Shown: one piece after another, positions 1-12,474 of the stretch
Layout of the letters: every line of letters starts with the position of its first letter
How positions within the stretch are numbered: position 1 is the stretch's first letter
Assembly (NCBI RefSeq): GCF_006345805.1
Contig: NC_043001.1
Coordinates: 72,478,001-72,542,000 of the forward strand
Reading direction: 5' to 3'
Source of the DNA: Octopus sinensis
Lineage: Eukaryota
Length of the DNA stretch: 64,000 nucleotides
Translations under genes and position numbers: made by a program
Notes under the pieces: model-generated
What the model was told of the DNA's origin: nothing
The model's input: the letters and a program-made list of their open reading frames with translations, nothing else
Databases searched by the model: none

Positions 1-662
1 AAAAGATATATCTACGGTTATTACAAGTTGTGAGAGTCCAACACGTTATAACGATGCTATAAGTCCAGGTGGAAAAGCTTGCATATGTATACATAATAAA
101 GTAAAACGTTGCTCTCAATAAAAAGACGAAAAAAATAATGAATTTCATAGTTCATAATTTAATTACTTTCATCAGTTGTTTCATTAGGATAATCATCATT
201 AATTTCATAATTACGAAATTAGTTTAAAATTATAAATCTGAACAAATGTAGGGGGTTTACATAATAATAGTAGGAAACGTATTTGATTTCATATATCTCT
301 TGACCACGGTCGGATATTTAACAATCTTACATCTTACAGCAAATTTTACTGACTGACGATATTTAACACAATTAGATCTCTCACCCAATCCTAGGAAGAT
401 AAATCGATAGAAAAAGGATTTTCAACAGACGGAAAAGGTTTCTCAATTGATAGAAAGTTCTTGAATACTTTAACAAGTTTCAAGAACTGAGAGAGAAAGA
501 GTGAAATCATTCTTATATGTGCCAACAAAATTATTAACTGTTGTTCGGAACGGAGATAAAAAAGAGATCAATGTTGAAATATTTGAGTTAAGAAAATTTT
601 GCAAGCTGGACAAAAATCGTGTTCAAGTCATCTTGCAAATTTGCCGACATCGAGTAAAAATA

Positions 663-877
663 TTGGTTTCAAATTTTGGCACAAGGCCAGCAATTTCGGA
701 GGATGGGTAAATCAATTACATCGACTCCAGTGCTCAGCTGGTACTTATTATATCAACTCCGGAGGGACGAAAGGTAAAGTCAACCTCAGCGGAATTTGAA
801 CTCAGAACGTAAAGTCGGACGAAATGCCGCTAAGCATTTTGCCCGGTATGCTAACGATTCTGCCAGTTCGCCGTCTT
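663..877 (-). mobile_element. tRNA-head SINE, family A (tail ...GCTGGCCTTGTGCCAAAATTTGAAACC)
   Basis: Reverse complement matches the well-preserved copy at 23008-23227: head GGCGGCGAGCTGGCAGAATCGTTAGC, B-box-like GAGTTCAAATTCC, central GCCTTTCATCCTTTCGGGGTCGATAAA..AAGTACCAG domain. Confidence 0.9.
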
Positions 878-993
878 GCGTTGAGTAAAAGTATTGGAAA
901 GTATTTTCCGTTGATTCTTGTATCTTTCTTGGAGTGGGAGAAAAATATACTTATGTTAATTGTCAACGAGAAAAAATTACTGTTTCAGGTGTA

Positions 994-1155
994 TTGACGG
1001 AAATTAGGAATGAGAAAGAATTGAAATCACGGCACTGATTAATAGACATAGTTACATTCTGTTTGGCTGCTCGACAGAAACATCCCATCGCCACAATAAA
1101 AGTACTTGAAGCATTCATTTCTTTCTCATGATTTTGTGAGACTGGTTTCTCTGTT
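994..1155 (+). pseudogene. hAT (Charlie/Buster-type) transposase C-terminal dimerization-domain relic
   Basis: Manual translation LTEIRNEKELKSRH*LIDIVTFCLAARQKHPIATIKVLEAFISFS*FCETGFSV carries the CExGFS motif preceded by the typical FW..YP..A.K.L..F layout; in-frame stops. Confidence 0.6.
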
Positions 1156-1704
1156 GAACATAATTTAGAACAAGTCTATATAACGGTAGAGGAGGTGCTT
1201 GAGGCAAATATACTTGTTAACCAGCCGATTACAGACAGGAGACATCATGTGATATCAACAGTCACATGTCCCCCACCACTAATATTATAAGTAATGTAAT
1301 GACTTTTCATATTTTATACATTTTGTTTGATGAATTTTCTTCCATGTTCTTTATACTCAGTGTAAATAGAAAACAATATATGGTCGCTACATTGTTTTTC
1401 GTTTTCAATACATAATATGATATAAATGATGAAATTATTTTATAGAGCAGAAAACGTTGATAAAACAATGATTAAAATTTTAGTTATTGTACTTTTAATC
1501 CATCCAGATGTGAGAATGCAATCTTTACATTATACCTGTCGCAACAAAAATATTTGCACTTTTCCTGCTTGCTCAATGTGTTCAAAACTTACACTGCTAT
1601 TATTTTTTAATTTGTACATGATTTTTTATGCACTGTATTCCATTGTGGAAAAGTGCAACGTATGCTTCCATCTCTGTTTTAAGACAATATTAGAAACATA
1701 TGTA

Positions 1705-2535
1705 CGAGGTGGTATCTAAAAGTTCCTGGATTGGTTTTGTAACGCGCCAGCTGATGGCGGTACAGGGTTGCGTGCGCCGTGAGAGCTAGCAGTGAATTTC
1801 GTAAGACAGTGTGCCGAGTGACATCGTTATGTTTACTTCGCAAGTTGTGAAATTTGTGCTTTGTGATCACGTATGCTGTAGTCTGCGATTTTTTGTCATG
1901 GACGAGAAGTTGAAACGAAGAGCCAAAGTAAAATTTTGCGTTAACTTGGGAAGCCTGCTACAGAGAGTTTGAGCATGCTTCGGCAAGCTTACAACGACGA
2001 AGCAACGGATCGTACGCTCTGTTTTGAGTGGCATGGATGCTTCATAAGCAGAAGAACGTTTCACATCGTTTTTTTTTCGACATCCGTGGTGCATCGAGAA
2101 TTTGTCTTCCCAGATCAGACCGTTAATCGAGAGATCTACTGCGACATTTTGAAGCATTCAAGGGAGGACATTCAGCGAAAGCGACCGGATCTGTGGAACA
2201 CGAAGAATTCGATTCTTCACGACGACAATTCACCCCGTCATCGGGCGCTCCTCACTCGTGAGTTTCTCGCCCAAAACAACATGGTATTGCTTCCGCACCC
2301 CCCCTATTCGCCAGATTTAGCCACTACGGACTTACATCTCTTCCCCAAGATGAAAATGCAGCTCAAAGGTCTCTGTTTTAACACCGTTATCGAGATCAAG
2401 AGTGAATTACAAAAGGTTCTCGAGTCGCTTACGGAAAACGACTTCCAGGCCGGATTTCAAAAATAGCAGGAACGCTGGGACCGGTGTATTGCTGTGCAAG
2501 GTGAATATTTCGAAAGAGATGATGTTAAAACTTAG
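1705..2535 (+). mobile_element. mariner (DD34D) element, internally deleted, defective transposase
   Basis: TA+CGAGGTGGTATCTAAAAGTTCC terminus; N-terminal HTH (MDEKLKRRAKVKFCVNLG..QAYNDEA..CFEWH) fused to catalytic C-terminus (HDDNSPRH, PHPPYSPDLA..D, RWDRCIAVQGEYFE). Right TIR not found. Confidence 0.9.
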
Positions 2536-2689
2536 GTAAATAAGTTTTTTTTTATTAAGCGATCTCATATATATTTACTATCCCGTCCTGTGTGCTGTAG
2601 ATAAAACGGCTGAAAATCACTGAACTCCACAATGAAAAAGAACCTTCAAACAATATCGGTTAGCAGAGAATGAAAGCATTGAATTTATG

Positions 2690-3110
2690 GATTCTGCTCT
2701 TCGCCAAAAAATTGACACTTTGCATTCCTGAGGCCAAATATTTTGGCTCTATGTTTAATTCCATTCCGTATCAAGAATGTAGTGAGCAAAAGGAAGAAAC
2801 AGTTCGTTATGTTAATATTGATTTTAAAGAGAAAAACTGTTTTATTATAAAATAGGTTTTTTTTCTCTTGGGTTTATCTAATTAAAACGAAAGGATGTCG
2901 AAAACATTGTGTAAGATTCTGGAATAACTTGTGAAAAACAATAACAACAACAAAAACGAAATTCTGTTTGAAGACTATCGATCTTAATGTTATGACAGTG
3001 CTGCAGTTATGGCTGGTTATAAAAGTGATGTTCAACAGAGGATTAATTAAAAAAATATAACAAATTGTAAAGCTATTTTTATAAACTATGGTAATCATTC
3101 TCGCAATTTA
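2690..3110 (+). pseudogene. hAT (ZMYM1-like) transposase relic
   Basis: Fragments IPEAKYFGSMFNSIP..SEQ..TVRYVNID and DYRS*CYDSAAVMAGYKSDVQQRI..KAIFINYGNHSRNL match the conserved blocks AKYFSI.D.TPD..H.EQ...RYV and CRGQ.YDNA..M.G..SGVQ..I...A..V.C..HSLNL; stops and frameshifts. Confidence 0.75.
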
Positions 3111-3484
3111 CTCGACATGCTGTTGCTAGTTAAGTATGATGTATTCATGGCCCCCGTTTTTCGGTTCAATTCTGTCACTTTCTTCATTTTTTTCTGCTCA
3201 ACTCTCCTTTACTTAAAGCTAAAAGGTGTGATACCAACAGTTGTCAAGTTTAAATCAGAACCTTGACGGCATTTTAGAAGAGAGATTGCGAACCTTGCTA
3301 ATGTATAATAATCTGATTTTATAGTGGATTTTTTCCCAACGATCAAAACCAATTTTTTGATACAAGAAGCTGGTGTTGAATAAAAGTTTGAGTTGACTTT
3401 TTAGTTTTGCTTGGCTTCTAGTGTTAAGTTCTTATTTCTATTGATTTGCGTTCGAAAACGACTCCAATGTCATTCCATGAATTC

Positions 3485-3485
<1 letters not shown>

Positions 3486-3538
<53 letters not shown>
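3486..3538. repeat. (GAT)n microsatellite
   Basis: Perfect trinucleotide run; source of the poly-H/poly-S ORFs. Confidence 0.95.
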
Positions 3539-3540
<2 letters not shown>

Positions 3541-4184
3541 GAGATTTGATTGTCGTTCCAAGTTGTTTTTTTTTATAAAAGAATTTAGAGTTATTGAGTA
3601 GTGAATCATTGAAAGCTCGGTTAAAATTATGTAAGGAATGAACTAAGTAGAAACACGCCAAAGAAAAATATCAAATAATTTGCAAAAAGCAAGAATGTAA
3701 GGTTTACTGCGATGGCTCGAAATTCCTGTCAACTTTTTCTTTCTAAAACTTAATAAATATGTACTCTACTAAAAGTATTGAGTAATTTTTCAGTTTTATG
3801 TTAGATTGTTTTATATATAACTTGACATAAACACAGACACATTCATATAACGCAAACGTGAAGTAATCTTTATTTAAAATATTTGGAAAGTTTTGCACAG
3901 TTACAAAGCACCGATACAAACAGATTTCAACTTCACGAAGAAACCTTAGATTATAAAGCATTTGTAAACAGCTGTCTATAAATTTAAATTCTTAAGATTG
4001 AAGAATTCATCAAGTTCATTGTCCAGTAATGGTTTCCCAGATTTAAGAGAGTCTATTTAAGTAATGCTAACAATTGCAATCTTGATTGTCAGATTTTGGA
4101 TGATCTTTCAGTATACTGAGATTAATCTTAATAGATTTGTGAGTTTGGTTGAAGCAAGTTAGTCAGTCGGTTTTCAAATTATCC

Positions 4185-4585
4185 GCGCAGAAGTGGCTGT
4201 GTGGTAAGTAGCTTGCTTACCAACCAAATGGTTCCGGGTTCAGTCCCACTGCGTGGCACCTTAGGCAAGTGTCTTCTACTATAGCCTCGGGCCGACCAAA
4301 GCCTTGTGAGTGGATTTGGTAGACGGAAACCGAAAGAAGCCCGTTGTATATATGTATATATGTGTGTGTGTGTGTGTTTGTGTGTCTGTGTTTGTCCCCC
4401 CAACATCACTCGACAACCGATGCTGGTGTGTTTACGTCCCCGTAACTTAGCGGTTCGGCAAAAGAGACCGATAGAATAAGTACTAGGTTTACAAAGAATA
4501 AGTCCTGAGGTCGATGTGCTCGACTAAAGGTGGTGCTCCAGCATGGCCACAGTCAAATGACTGAAACAAGTAAAAGAGAAAAGAG
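4185..4585 (+). mobile_element. tRNA-head SINE, family B (CORE-like box, internal microsatellite)
   Basis: A-box GTGGCTGTGTGGTAAG, B-box GGTTCAGTCCC, CORE-like GTGGCACCTTAGGCAAGTG, internal (TA)/(TG)n, tail ..GACTGAAACAAGTAAAAGAG; multiple copies in window. Confidence 0.9.
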
Positions 4586-4811
4586 AATGTTAAACAAGAG
4601 GCAAAAGATAACAAATTTTATGGTATCAGTTTATGCGTTTGTATCATCAAAAGTCAGAGAAGTGCAGCTTCAAAACGCTGTTTAGAATTATTCATAGAAT
4701 GGCCTAAATCCTTGGGACGCAAATTTCAAAAATCAAATGTGTTTTTTTCTAGGACACACTGTTACTGAGCCTTTCGGTGACATACAGATATACATACACA
4801 CATATATTCTC

Positions 4812-4842
<31 letters not shown>

Positions 4843-5261
4843 TATCGTTCTTCAGTAAGAGAGCTGGTCGATTCATTTTACGCCCGCGAAACTCTAAGTA
4901 ACGTGTAGAGCTAAGATAACGTATTATTCAATAAATACATCTCCGACTATGTGTCCTCTCTTCGTTTGTTATTTGCATTACTTTCTGTCCAATCTTCTTG
5001 TGTGTATGTGTTGTGTCTGTATGTGTGTGTGCACGCGCGTGTATGTATGCGTGTGTGCGCGCGCGTGCGTGTGTGTGTGTATGTGTAACAATGACGAAAT
5101 GGCGATATTAAGTGAACACATTAATGCATAATCTCATAATCTTGTATGTTATTACATTGCCAAGTTGTGTGACGCAACATGTTAATAATGAAGCGTTGCT
5201 ACTGAAACACGTAGATAAGTATCCAAATTTTCCGATCGTTTAGTCTTTATTACAATAACAA

Positions 5262-6111
5262 CAGGGTGCGTAAGATACTTGAGGACTGATTTATGTTTAT
5301 AAAAAAAAAAGCAAAAACAAATATATAACAGATAACTTTATTTATCAAAAAATGCTATGAGGATAAAAATAAACCTTCTTTTCTATAATGTTATTCAATA
5401 AAGCCACCTTCAGCTTCAACAACTGCTTCTATATGAGATCTAAATCATCTACATGCTCGAATCAAGCGGTCCTGGTTAATTTTGGACATTACTCTGACTG
5501 ACTATAGCAGCTTTCAAAGGATCTTTGGTGTTATGGCGTGTTCATTGACCAAAGATCCTTTGAAAGCTGCTATAGTCAGTCAGAGTGCCGAGTTATCTGT
5601 ATGTCACCGAGAACTGGGTTCTCGAGGTAGTCATTAATTTCTGCAGTAATTTTGGGAACTGTACTTTTGTGATCTTGTCTAACAATTCGCATGAGGCCAA
5701 CGGTCCCTATCTGAAAGTTTTGGTTTCCTTCCAGAGTTTTGTTTCGACGACAAGGTTTTTCCCTCTTTCTCAAAGGCTGTCGTTACTTTCGAGACAGCAC
5801 TTCTTGATACACCAAACATTTTGGCTGTTTTCATTACCTGCTATACGAGCACCAACAATTTGACCTCTTCGAAAATCCGATAGGTCTGTCATTTTAATGA
5901 ATTTTAATTACCTTTCTCTGATGATATCTGAGAAGAATAAGCAATTTTAGCAAAACGTATTAAGCAACAATAATAAATAATAAATAAAAACATAAAAATA
6001 AACAAGCTTTTGGCGGTTTTATAGACATTTCAAAATTATGATGCTATGATGCTAGATGTTTTCATTATTTTGTCTAACCCCTGTATGTCTTCAAATATCT
6101 TACGCACCCTG
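5262..6111 (-). mobile_element. Composite Tc1/mariner element: outer TIR pair, one transposase C-terminus, and the 5' end of a different Tc1 element
   Basis: TIRs CAGGGTGCGTAAGATAC/TTTGA at 5262-5286 and 6087-6111; minus-strand C-terminus ..LIRACR*FRSHIEAVVEAEGGF at ~5400-5550; Tc1 N-terminus MTDLSDFRRGQIVGARIAG..FGVSRSAVSKV..NSGRKPKLSDRD at ~5600-5892 with its own TIR CAGGGGTTAGACAAAATAATGAAAACA ending at 6083 + TA. Confidence 0.85.
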
Positions 6112-7310
6112 TACATATGTATACGTATGTATGTGTGTCTATATGTACACACACACACACACGCACGCACACAAACAAATTGTGAATACAATAATGATTA
6201 GTACAAGAAAGAAAAAGATAACACCGGAAGGACAAAGCTTGACATGCTTAAAAGGAAGGAAAGAACCTCAACGTTTCAGAAAAAGAGGAAAGCTTAGAAG
6301 GAATGAGTAAGAGGAAGAGTCGACGAGGGTTAAAATGGTCTAGGGGTTATAAACCAGGTGAGAATGCAGTTTGATAAGGGAAGGACGAGGGACGAGTGTG
6401 TGCGTTCATGTATGAGTGTATCTGTGTTCAGAGATTAACACAGGATAGTAGTGTGTTTAATTTGCGCTGTGTGTATGCGTATGAAGAGTGTAAGTATAGT
6501 GGGGCAGCGAGATGTTGGCAAGTGTGTGTTAGTGTTAAGTGTGTGAGGAAATTGCGAATGTACGGAGGTGGAATCGGGTGCAAGGTAAAAGGAAAGGCAA
6601 GTGGACGGTGTGTTTGAAGTAAGTGTGTACATGTATCTATTTGTTGACTACTGATAAGAAAGTAAATTTCGAACGCAGTATAGCTGTAAAAGCAGCAGAG
6701 TAAGAAGTTTAGTAGGTGGCTATAGGGAACCGAACCCTGCACCCCTCAGGTACAGGGCGAGTGCTCTATCATTAAGCTAAACGGGTCCTGATAACAGTTA
6801 CCGTCAATTTTAATGTTAAATAATAGCTTTGGGATGCAGCACCATTTTGTAAAACAAACTTTGGAAACGTCAAATGTGTTTGGTATTTTACAGACAAGAA
6901 AGTAAATTTCAAATGCAGTATGGCTGTGAAAGTAGTAGAGGAGGATTGTAAATTTGCTTGCTCGCAACTTCGGCGGGTTTTGAACTCAAACCATGTAGAA
7001 ACATAACTAAATATAACAAAGCAAAAGACAAAAATATATTTCAGTGATTCTGTCCCTCAGTGATTCTGCTACTGCAAAGCCTATATTATTATATTATAAA
7101 ATATTAAGTGATATTAAGTTATATTGTATTATACCAGATTGTTATAATATAGTGTTGCTATGTTATTTATATTAAGTGCATCTGAATGTCAGTGAATATT
7201 TCGAAATGTGCCTACTTTTACACAGATATATCATACACGCTCTTTCTGTATATGTGTACATCTATATTTCTGCTTATGCATTCATATATCGTGTCTGTGT
7301 GTATTGTGTA

Positions 7311-7363
<53 letters not shown>

Positions 7364-8236
7364 GTGAAAGAGAGAGACGACAGACAGACAGAAAAGATAG
7401 GAAAAAGAGAGAATAGTTGGCTTAAATATATTTATATAGAAATATATTTATGGAATAAATAATGTTTTTCAAGCATTAAAATCCTAGAATACGTTGATTG
7501 TTATTTTATAGAAATCACTTTACATTCGCTATATATCAAATCTAAAACTATTTTACTGTACTTACCAAATAGTACCAATTACAAGAGAATCTAAATTGGA
7601 ATGAGATATATTTTAAATCACTTTTTTCAACCAGTATTCCTCCCCATGCAGGTAACTTATCGCCGCAGTATGGCTGAAAGATTAGGAAATTCACTTTGTA
7701 ACCACTAGGTCCCGGGTTCGACTTAACTGTGTGGTATCTTGGGCAAATGTTCAATAGACTGTTGGGTCAACTGAAGTAAGTCGGCAGTTTATCTTCATCC
7801 ATAGCAAATTAAAGAAGAACTGCTCATCCCTCTCCAAACATATGCAGTGGCGTATAGGCAGAGTCATTAGATCGTCGGACAAAATATCTTGCGGCATTTG
7901 TTCTCACCATAGCCAACTATGTCGTTCATCTTTTCAGGGTCTACAAAAAGTACCAATCTAAGGCGGGGGATTAGCAAAACTGTAAGAAGGTCGGACCGGG
8001 TGCTCCAGAGATATTTGCTCCGACTCTTTGCGTTCAAATCATGCCATGGACTATTTGTATGGTCGACCGCATCCATTCGTCAACACCATCATCTGTTTAT
8101 GTTCACTGACTTCCCTACTCATTGAACGATAAAGATAAAAAAAATATCTAGAGAAAGAGTTGAACTTGGCAATGCAACTTAACGAGCAGCTTGCCAACAA
8201 CGCTGGCACACCAGCTAATTGGCACGGCGAGGTATA

Positions 8237-8448
8237 GTTTCAAATTTTGACACAAGGTCAGCAATTTCAAGGGAGGGACTAAATCGATTACATTGACCCA
8301 GTGTTCAACTGGTACTTATTTTGTCGAACCTGATAGGATGAAAGGCAAACCCGGCCTCGGCGGCAGCTGAACGCAGAACGCGAAGACGGACGAAATGCAG
8401 CTAAGTGTTTTGTCCGGTGTGTTACCGATTCTACCAACTCACTGCCTT
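8237..8448 (-). mobile_element. SINE family A, diverged
   Basis: Reverse-complement similarity to 23008-23227 over the full length. Confidence 0.85.
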
Positions 8449-8451
8449 GTA

Positions 8452-8926
8452 TTTTATTCTTTTATTCTTTCACTCGTTTCAGTCATTTGACTGCGGCCAT
8501 GCTCGAGCACCACCTTTAGTCGAACAAATCGATCCAAGAACTTATTATGTGTAAGCTTAGTGCTTATTCTTCCAGTCACATTTGCCGATAAGTTACGGGG
8601 ACGTAAACACACCAATATCGGTTGTCAAGCGATGATGGTGGGGACAAACACAGACACACAGATACATACATACATACATACACACATACATACATACATA
8701 TATGTATATATAATATATGTATATATAATATATGTATATATATAATATATGTATATATAATATACGACGTGCTTCTTTCAGCTTCCGTCTACCAAATCCA
8801 TTCACAAGGCTTTGGTTGGCCTGAGACTATAGTAGAAGACATTTGCCAAAGGTGCCACGCAGTGGGACTGAACCCGGAACCAGGTGGTTAGGAAGCAAAC
8901 TTCTTACCACATAGCAACTCCTGCGT
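8452..8926 (-). mobile_element. SINE family B, full length
   Basis: Reverse complement of the 4185-4585 pattern with expanded internal (TATG)/(TA)n. Confidence 0.9.
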
Positions 8927-9199
8927 CTCTATATATTTGTACATTGTGGCGCATTAAATTCAGATTGGTGGACTGTAACATTGAGGGGATTTGTTTCCAC
9001 TAATATAGCATAAAGGAAACAAATCATTGACCTTTCGATTAGTTGTCCAGTCTTCTGTCCTAGTGGTCATTTGCACCTTTCCGAACTGTTTTACAATAAT
9101 GGTTTAAAAAGGGTACGGTGCAAATAAATCGGTTCAAAAGTATGTGTGTACCACCTGTTTTGCTTCGATTTGAATAGAGCAAAATGATTCTATGACATT

Positions 9200-10270
9200 T
9201 GAAGTCAACGTTTGTTATTGAAGCTAAATAAATGCTTTCGTAACTACAAACACGTTAGATAATGAAACTACATGCGCATTAGTTGTTGAACCTGTACAGA
9301 TGTTAGCTATTAAAACTATATAGAATCCACAATCATACGCTTGTTATTGAAGTCGTATTGACGTTAGTTCTTGAAGCACATTTGTTATTGAAGTTACATA
9401 TAGAAGTGATTTACACTGTTATTATGTGAGATGTTTTCGTCACGGTTGTTTACGTTTAAATACCCGGATATCGGCTCCACAAACCTTTTCGTTCCATGAC
9501 CTTGCGATTAGCCGAACTTGTTCGTATTGGTCGGTTTCCAGCCGTCCAATCGTATTGACATAGCTGTTCGTTTTTCCTTTCGCGGGAAATTAATCACCAG
9601 CTCTCGACTACTCTAGGTATTGGCACGCACCACTGACCACACGCAACTCGGCTCTGACAATGATGTATCTGACACCAGCCAGTCTCCGTTTTCATCTCCA
9701 CCAGGCACTTGCCTACATCGTTGCTGTATGAACACCACACGACCAGCAGACCAACGGCTTCCTCTACACACCACCAAACAGTCCGTCAACTTAGTCTACA
9801 AGCTCAACAGTCTAGCCTGACCACGATGTCTCTCACACATCTTTGTTGTAACCTGCTATTTTATTTCATGTATATCAATCATTGTATTTTATAACAGAAT
9901 AAATCATCGCTTATATAGTTCATTTTCATCTCACGTCGTATATCATTTTCCCATTTCCCTTATTTACCATCTTCGTTATATACATATACGCACACATTAG
10001 TATTGAAGTGCCGAAGACATGTCGCTTATTGAAGTTACATATACGTCAGTTATGTAATCTAACTGCATATAAACGCGTTAATTAGTGAAGTGATAAATTC
10101 AAACCAGTTATTGAAGTAAGATACACGCCAATTACTTAACATAATACACGTTAGTTTTTGAAGTTACATATGCACACGTTAATTATTAAAGTGACAAATA
10201 CACGTCAGTTTCTTCAGTTAAAATATACGCTAGCTATTAATGTTTAATACAGGTTAATTATGGAAGCTAC
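9200..10270. repeat. Degenerate ~26-bp minisatellite (ACACGTTAGTTATTGAAGTTACATAT-like), interrupted at 9425-9996
   Basis: Recurrent GTTATTGAAG/ACACGTTAG motifs at ~26-bp spacing; the array resumes at ~11200-11570. Confidence 0.75.
9425..9996 (+). mobile_element. Probable solo LTR
   Basis: ~570-bp GC-richer insert in the minisatellite with TGTG...CACA ends, CCAAT near 9546 and AATAAA at ~9898; TSD not clean. Confidence 0.55.
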
Positions 10271-10290
10271 GTGCGCGCGCACACACACTT

Positions 10291-10338
<48 letters not shown>

Positions 10339-10596
10339 TCACACACACACACCGCATCCATGCATTCACGTTTTCCGCACACTTTTCCTGGGAGAGTCGT
10401 AGGGATAGAGTCTTCAGCTACCTCCTCCATAGGGTCCTGTCAAAGCAACCGCCATTAGACTTTCAAGCTGGATTTTCAAACGTGACCGACTGAGACTATG
10501 AAAATTATCCAACCATCTCGTTCTTGGTCTATCCCTATTGGTTGCTTTGGTAGAATCCGTCTTATGACTCTAAATGCGGAGAAATATATATATGTA

Positions 10597-10780
10597 TAAT
10601 TAGATAAAGATAGTTATGGCCGGCCTATGAGGTTATACAGGGTTTCACATCCATAAAGCGCTCAGCTTTACAACGTTTCTTCTGACCTTAATCGCCTGTG
10701 GCGTATAACCTCACTTCAAAGTGGAGTGAGAAAACTCTGAGTAACCCCATAGACCGGTCCTAACTATCTTTATCTAATTA
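10597..10780. mobile_element. MITE-like palindromic element (~49-bp imperfect TIR)
   Basis: TAATTAGATAAAGATAGTTATGGCCGGCCTATGAGGTTA.. is mirrored by ..TAACCCCATAGACCGGTCCTAACTATCTTTATCTAATTA. Confidence 0.8.
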
Positions 10781-10904
10781 ATCTACTGCTCTATAGCTTA
10801 GAGTGTACTTCTCTTTCGGATTTATGATTTACTGACGATATATATATATATATATACACGTGTGTATGTGTGTGTGTGTGTGGTGTGTGTGTGTGTGTGT
10901 GTGT

Positions 10905-11165
10905 GTGTGTGCCTTTGTATATGTGTTTGTCACCCACCACCGCTAGAAAACCGGTGCTGGTGTGCTTACGTCTCCGTAACTTACTAGTTCGGCAAAAGAC
11001 ACCGATGGAATAAGTATCAGACTTTACAAAAAAAAAAAAATAAATAAATAAAAATACTAACAATAATAAGTACAGGTGTCGATAAATTCGACTAAAAATT
11101 CTTCAAGGCGGGTGCTCCAACATGGCTGCAGTCTAATGACTGAAAAAAATAAACAGATAAAAAAA
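10905..11165 (+). mobile_element. SINE family B, 3' half
   Basis: GCTGGTGTG..CGTAACTT..GTTCGGCAAAAGA..CATGGC..ATGACTGAAA matches the family B 3' region. Confidence 0.8.
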
Positions 11166-11199
11166 AGAATATATGGACACACACACACACACACACGTT

Positions 11200-11570
11200 A
11201 TATATAGTAGCCACAGATAGACACGTAAATTACTGAAGGTTCAGATAAACATTAGTTATTGGTGTTACGTAATAAACACGTTAGTTGTTGAAATAACAAA
11301 TATACATTTATCGTTGAAATTTCATAAACACGTCAGTGATGTTACACACAGGTCAGTCAGTGAAGATATGCACTCGTTATTTACTGAATATGCGAATATA
11401 TTAGTCATTGAAGCTATATACGCGTCGGATATTGAAGATATATACATGGTAGTTACTGAAGATTCCGATATGTTAGTCATTGAAGCTATATACACGTTAG
11501 TTATTTCAACTATGCACACGTTAGTTTTTGAAAATACTGATATGTTTGTCAATGAAGCTAAACAGACGTT
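11200..11570. repeat. Degenerate ~26-bp minisatellite (second block)
   Basis: Same unit as 9200-10270; explains the repetitive ORFs 11314-11619 and 11322-11720. Confidence 0.75.
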
Positions 11571-11881
11571 ACACACACGCACACACACACACACACATAC
11601 ACACACACACACAATATGACCTGGTTCTTCATAACTTAAAATTTTGTGGGCATAGGATACGTCTGTCTCCTGAAATGTTCGGAAACGTCTCCGAAGATCT
11701 GACGAGGTGGATTTGTTCAACGACCTCCAACCAAATGCATTGAGTGCTAATTTTTTGTTTGTTCACTCAGTCGTATTTACGTACATACGTATATACATGC
11801 ATACGTACGTACGTACATACATACATACATACATACATACATGCATACCTACATACATACATACATACATACATACATACA

Positions 11882-11911
<30 letters not shown>

Positions 11912-11912
<1 letters not shown>

Positions 11913-12474
11913 TGGGTTGTCCGGAAAGTTCGTGTCGATTTTTAAAGGAAAGAAAAAGGTCAATAAATACTTGCCATTGAATTTTTAATCAACCAAATAC
12001 GAACCATTTTGTTGCACAATGCATCTCCATCTTTCCATTAACTTGAAGATACCCTCTTTCCAGAATTGAGGAGGTTTCATGACAAAGAATTCATCAAGGT
12101 ATCTTTTTACCTCAGCCAAGGAATTGAAATTTTTACCATTAAGATTATTCTGGAGAGACCTGAATAAGTGGAAATCCAAAGGAGCAATAACTGGTGAATA
12201 TGGAGGGTGGGGTAACACATTCCAGCCGAGCTGCAACAATTTTTATCTGGCTTCCAAAGCAAGTGCCGAAAATGAACTTTCTTATCTTCCAATTTAAAGA
12301 GTTACAGAATTAACACAGGTTATAAGAACATAAATCTTCTTCCACGAAAAGATAGCTTAAACTGTTTTCTAAATGGAGATGTAGTCAAATCCTATTTTAT
12401 GAACTCAACTATGTTCTAAAATAACTCGAAAGGTAACCTACTATAAATCGGCACGAACTTGCCGGATAACCCAA
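11912..12474 (-). mobile_element. Internally deleted mariner with both TIRs and TA TSD, inserted in (CATA)n
   Basis: 30-bp TIRs TTGGGTTGTCCGGAAAGTTCGTGTCGATTT / AAATCGGCACGAACTTGCCGGATAACCCAA flanked by TA; N-terminal MEDKKVHFRHLL joined to LGWNVLPHPPYSPVIAPLDFHLFRSLQN..RWRCIVQQNGSY. Confidence 0.95.

Noticed and set aside
4185-4260. tRNA genes at SINE heads
   Set aside because: A/B boxes are present but there is no complete cloverleaf, and each continues into a SINE body.
6655-6945. ~45-bp imperfect direct repeat about 240 bp apart
   Set aside because: Real but too short and diverged to assign to an LTR or pLTR; no supporting motif.
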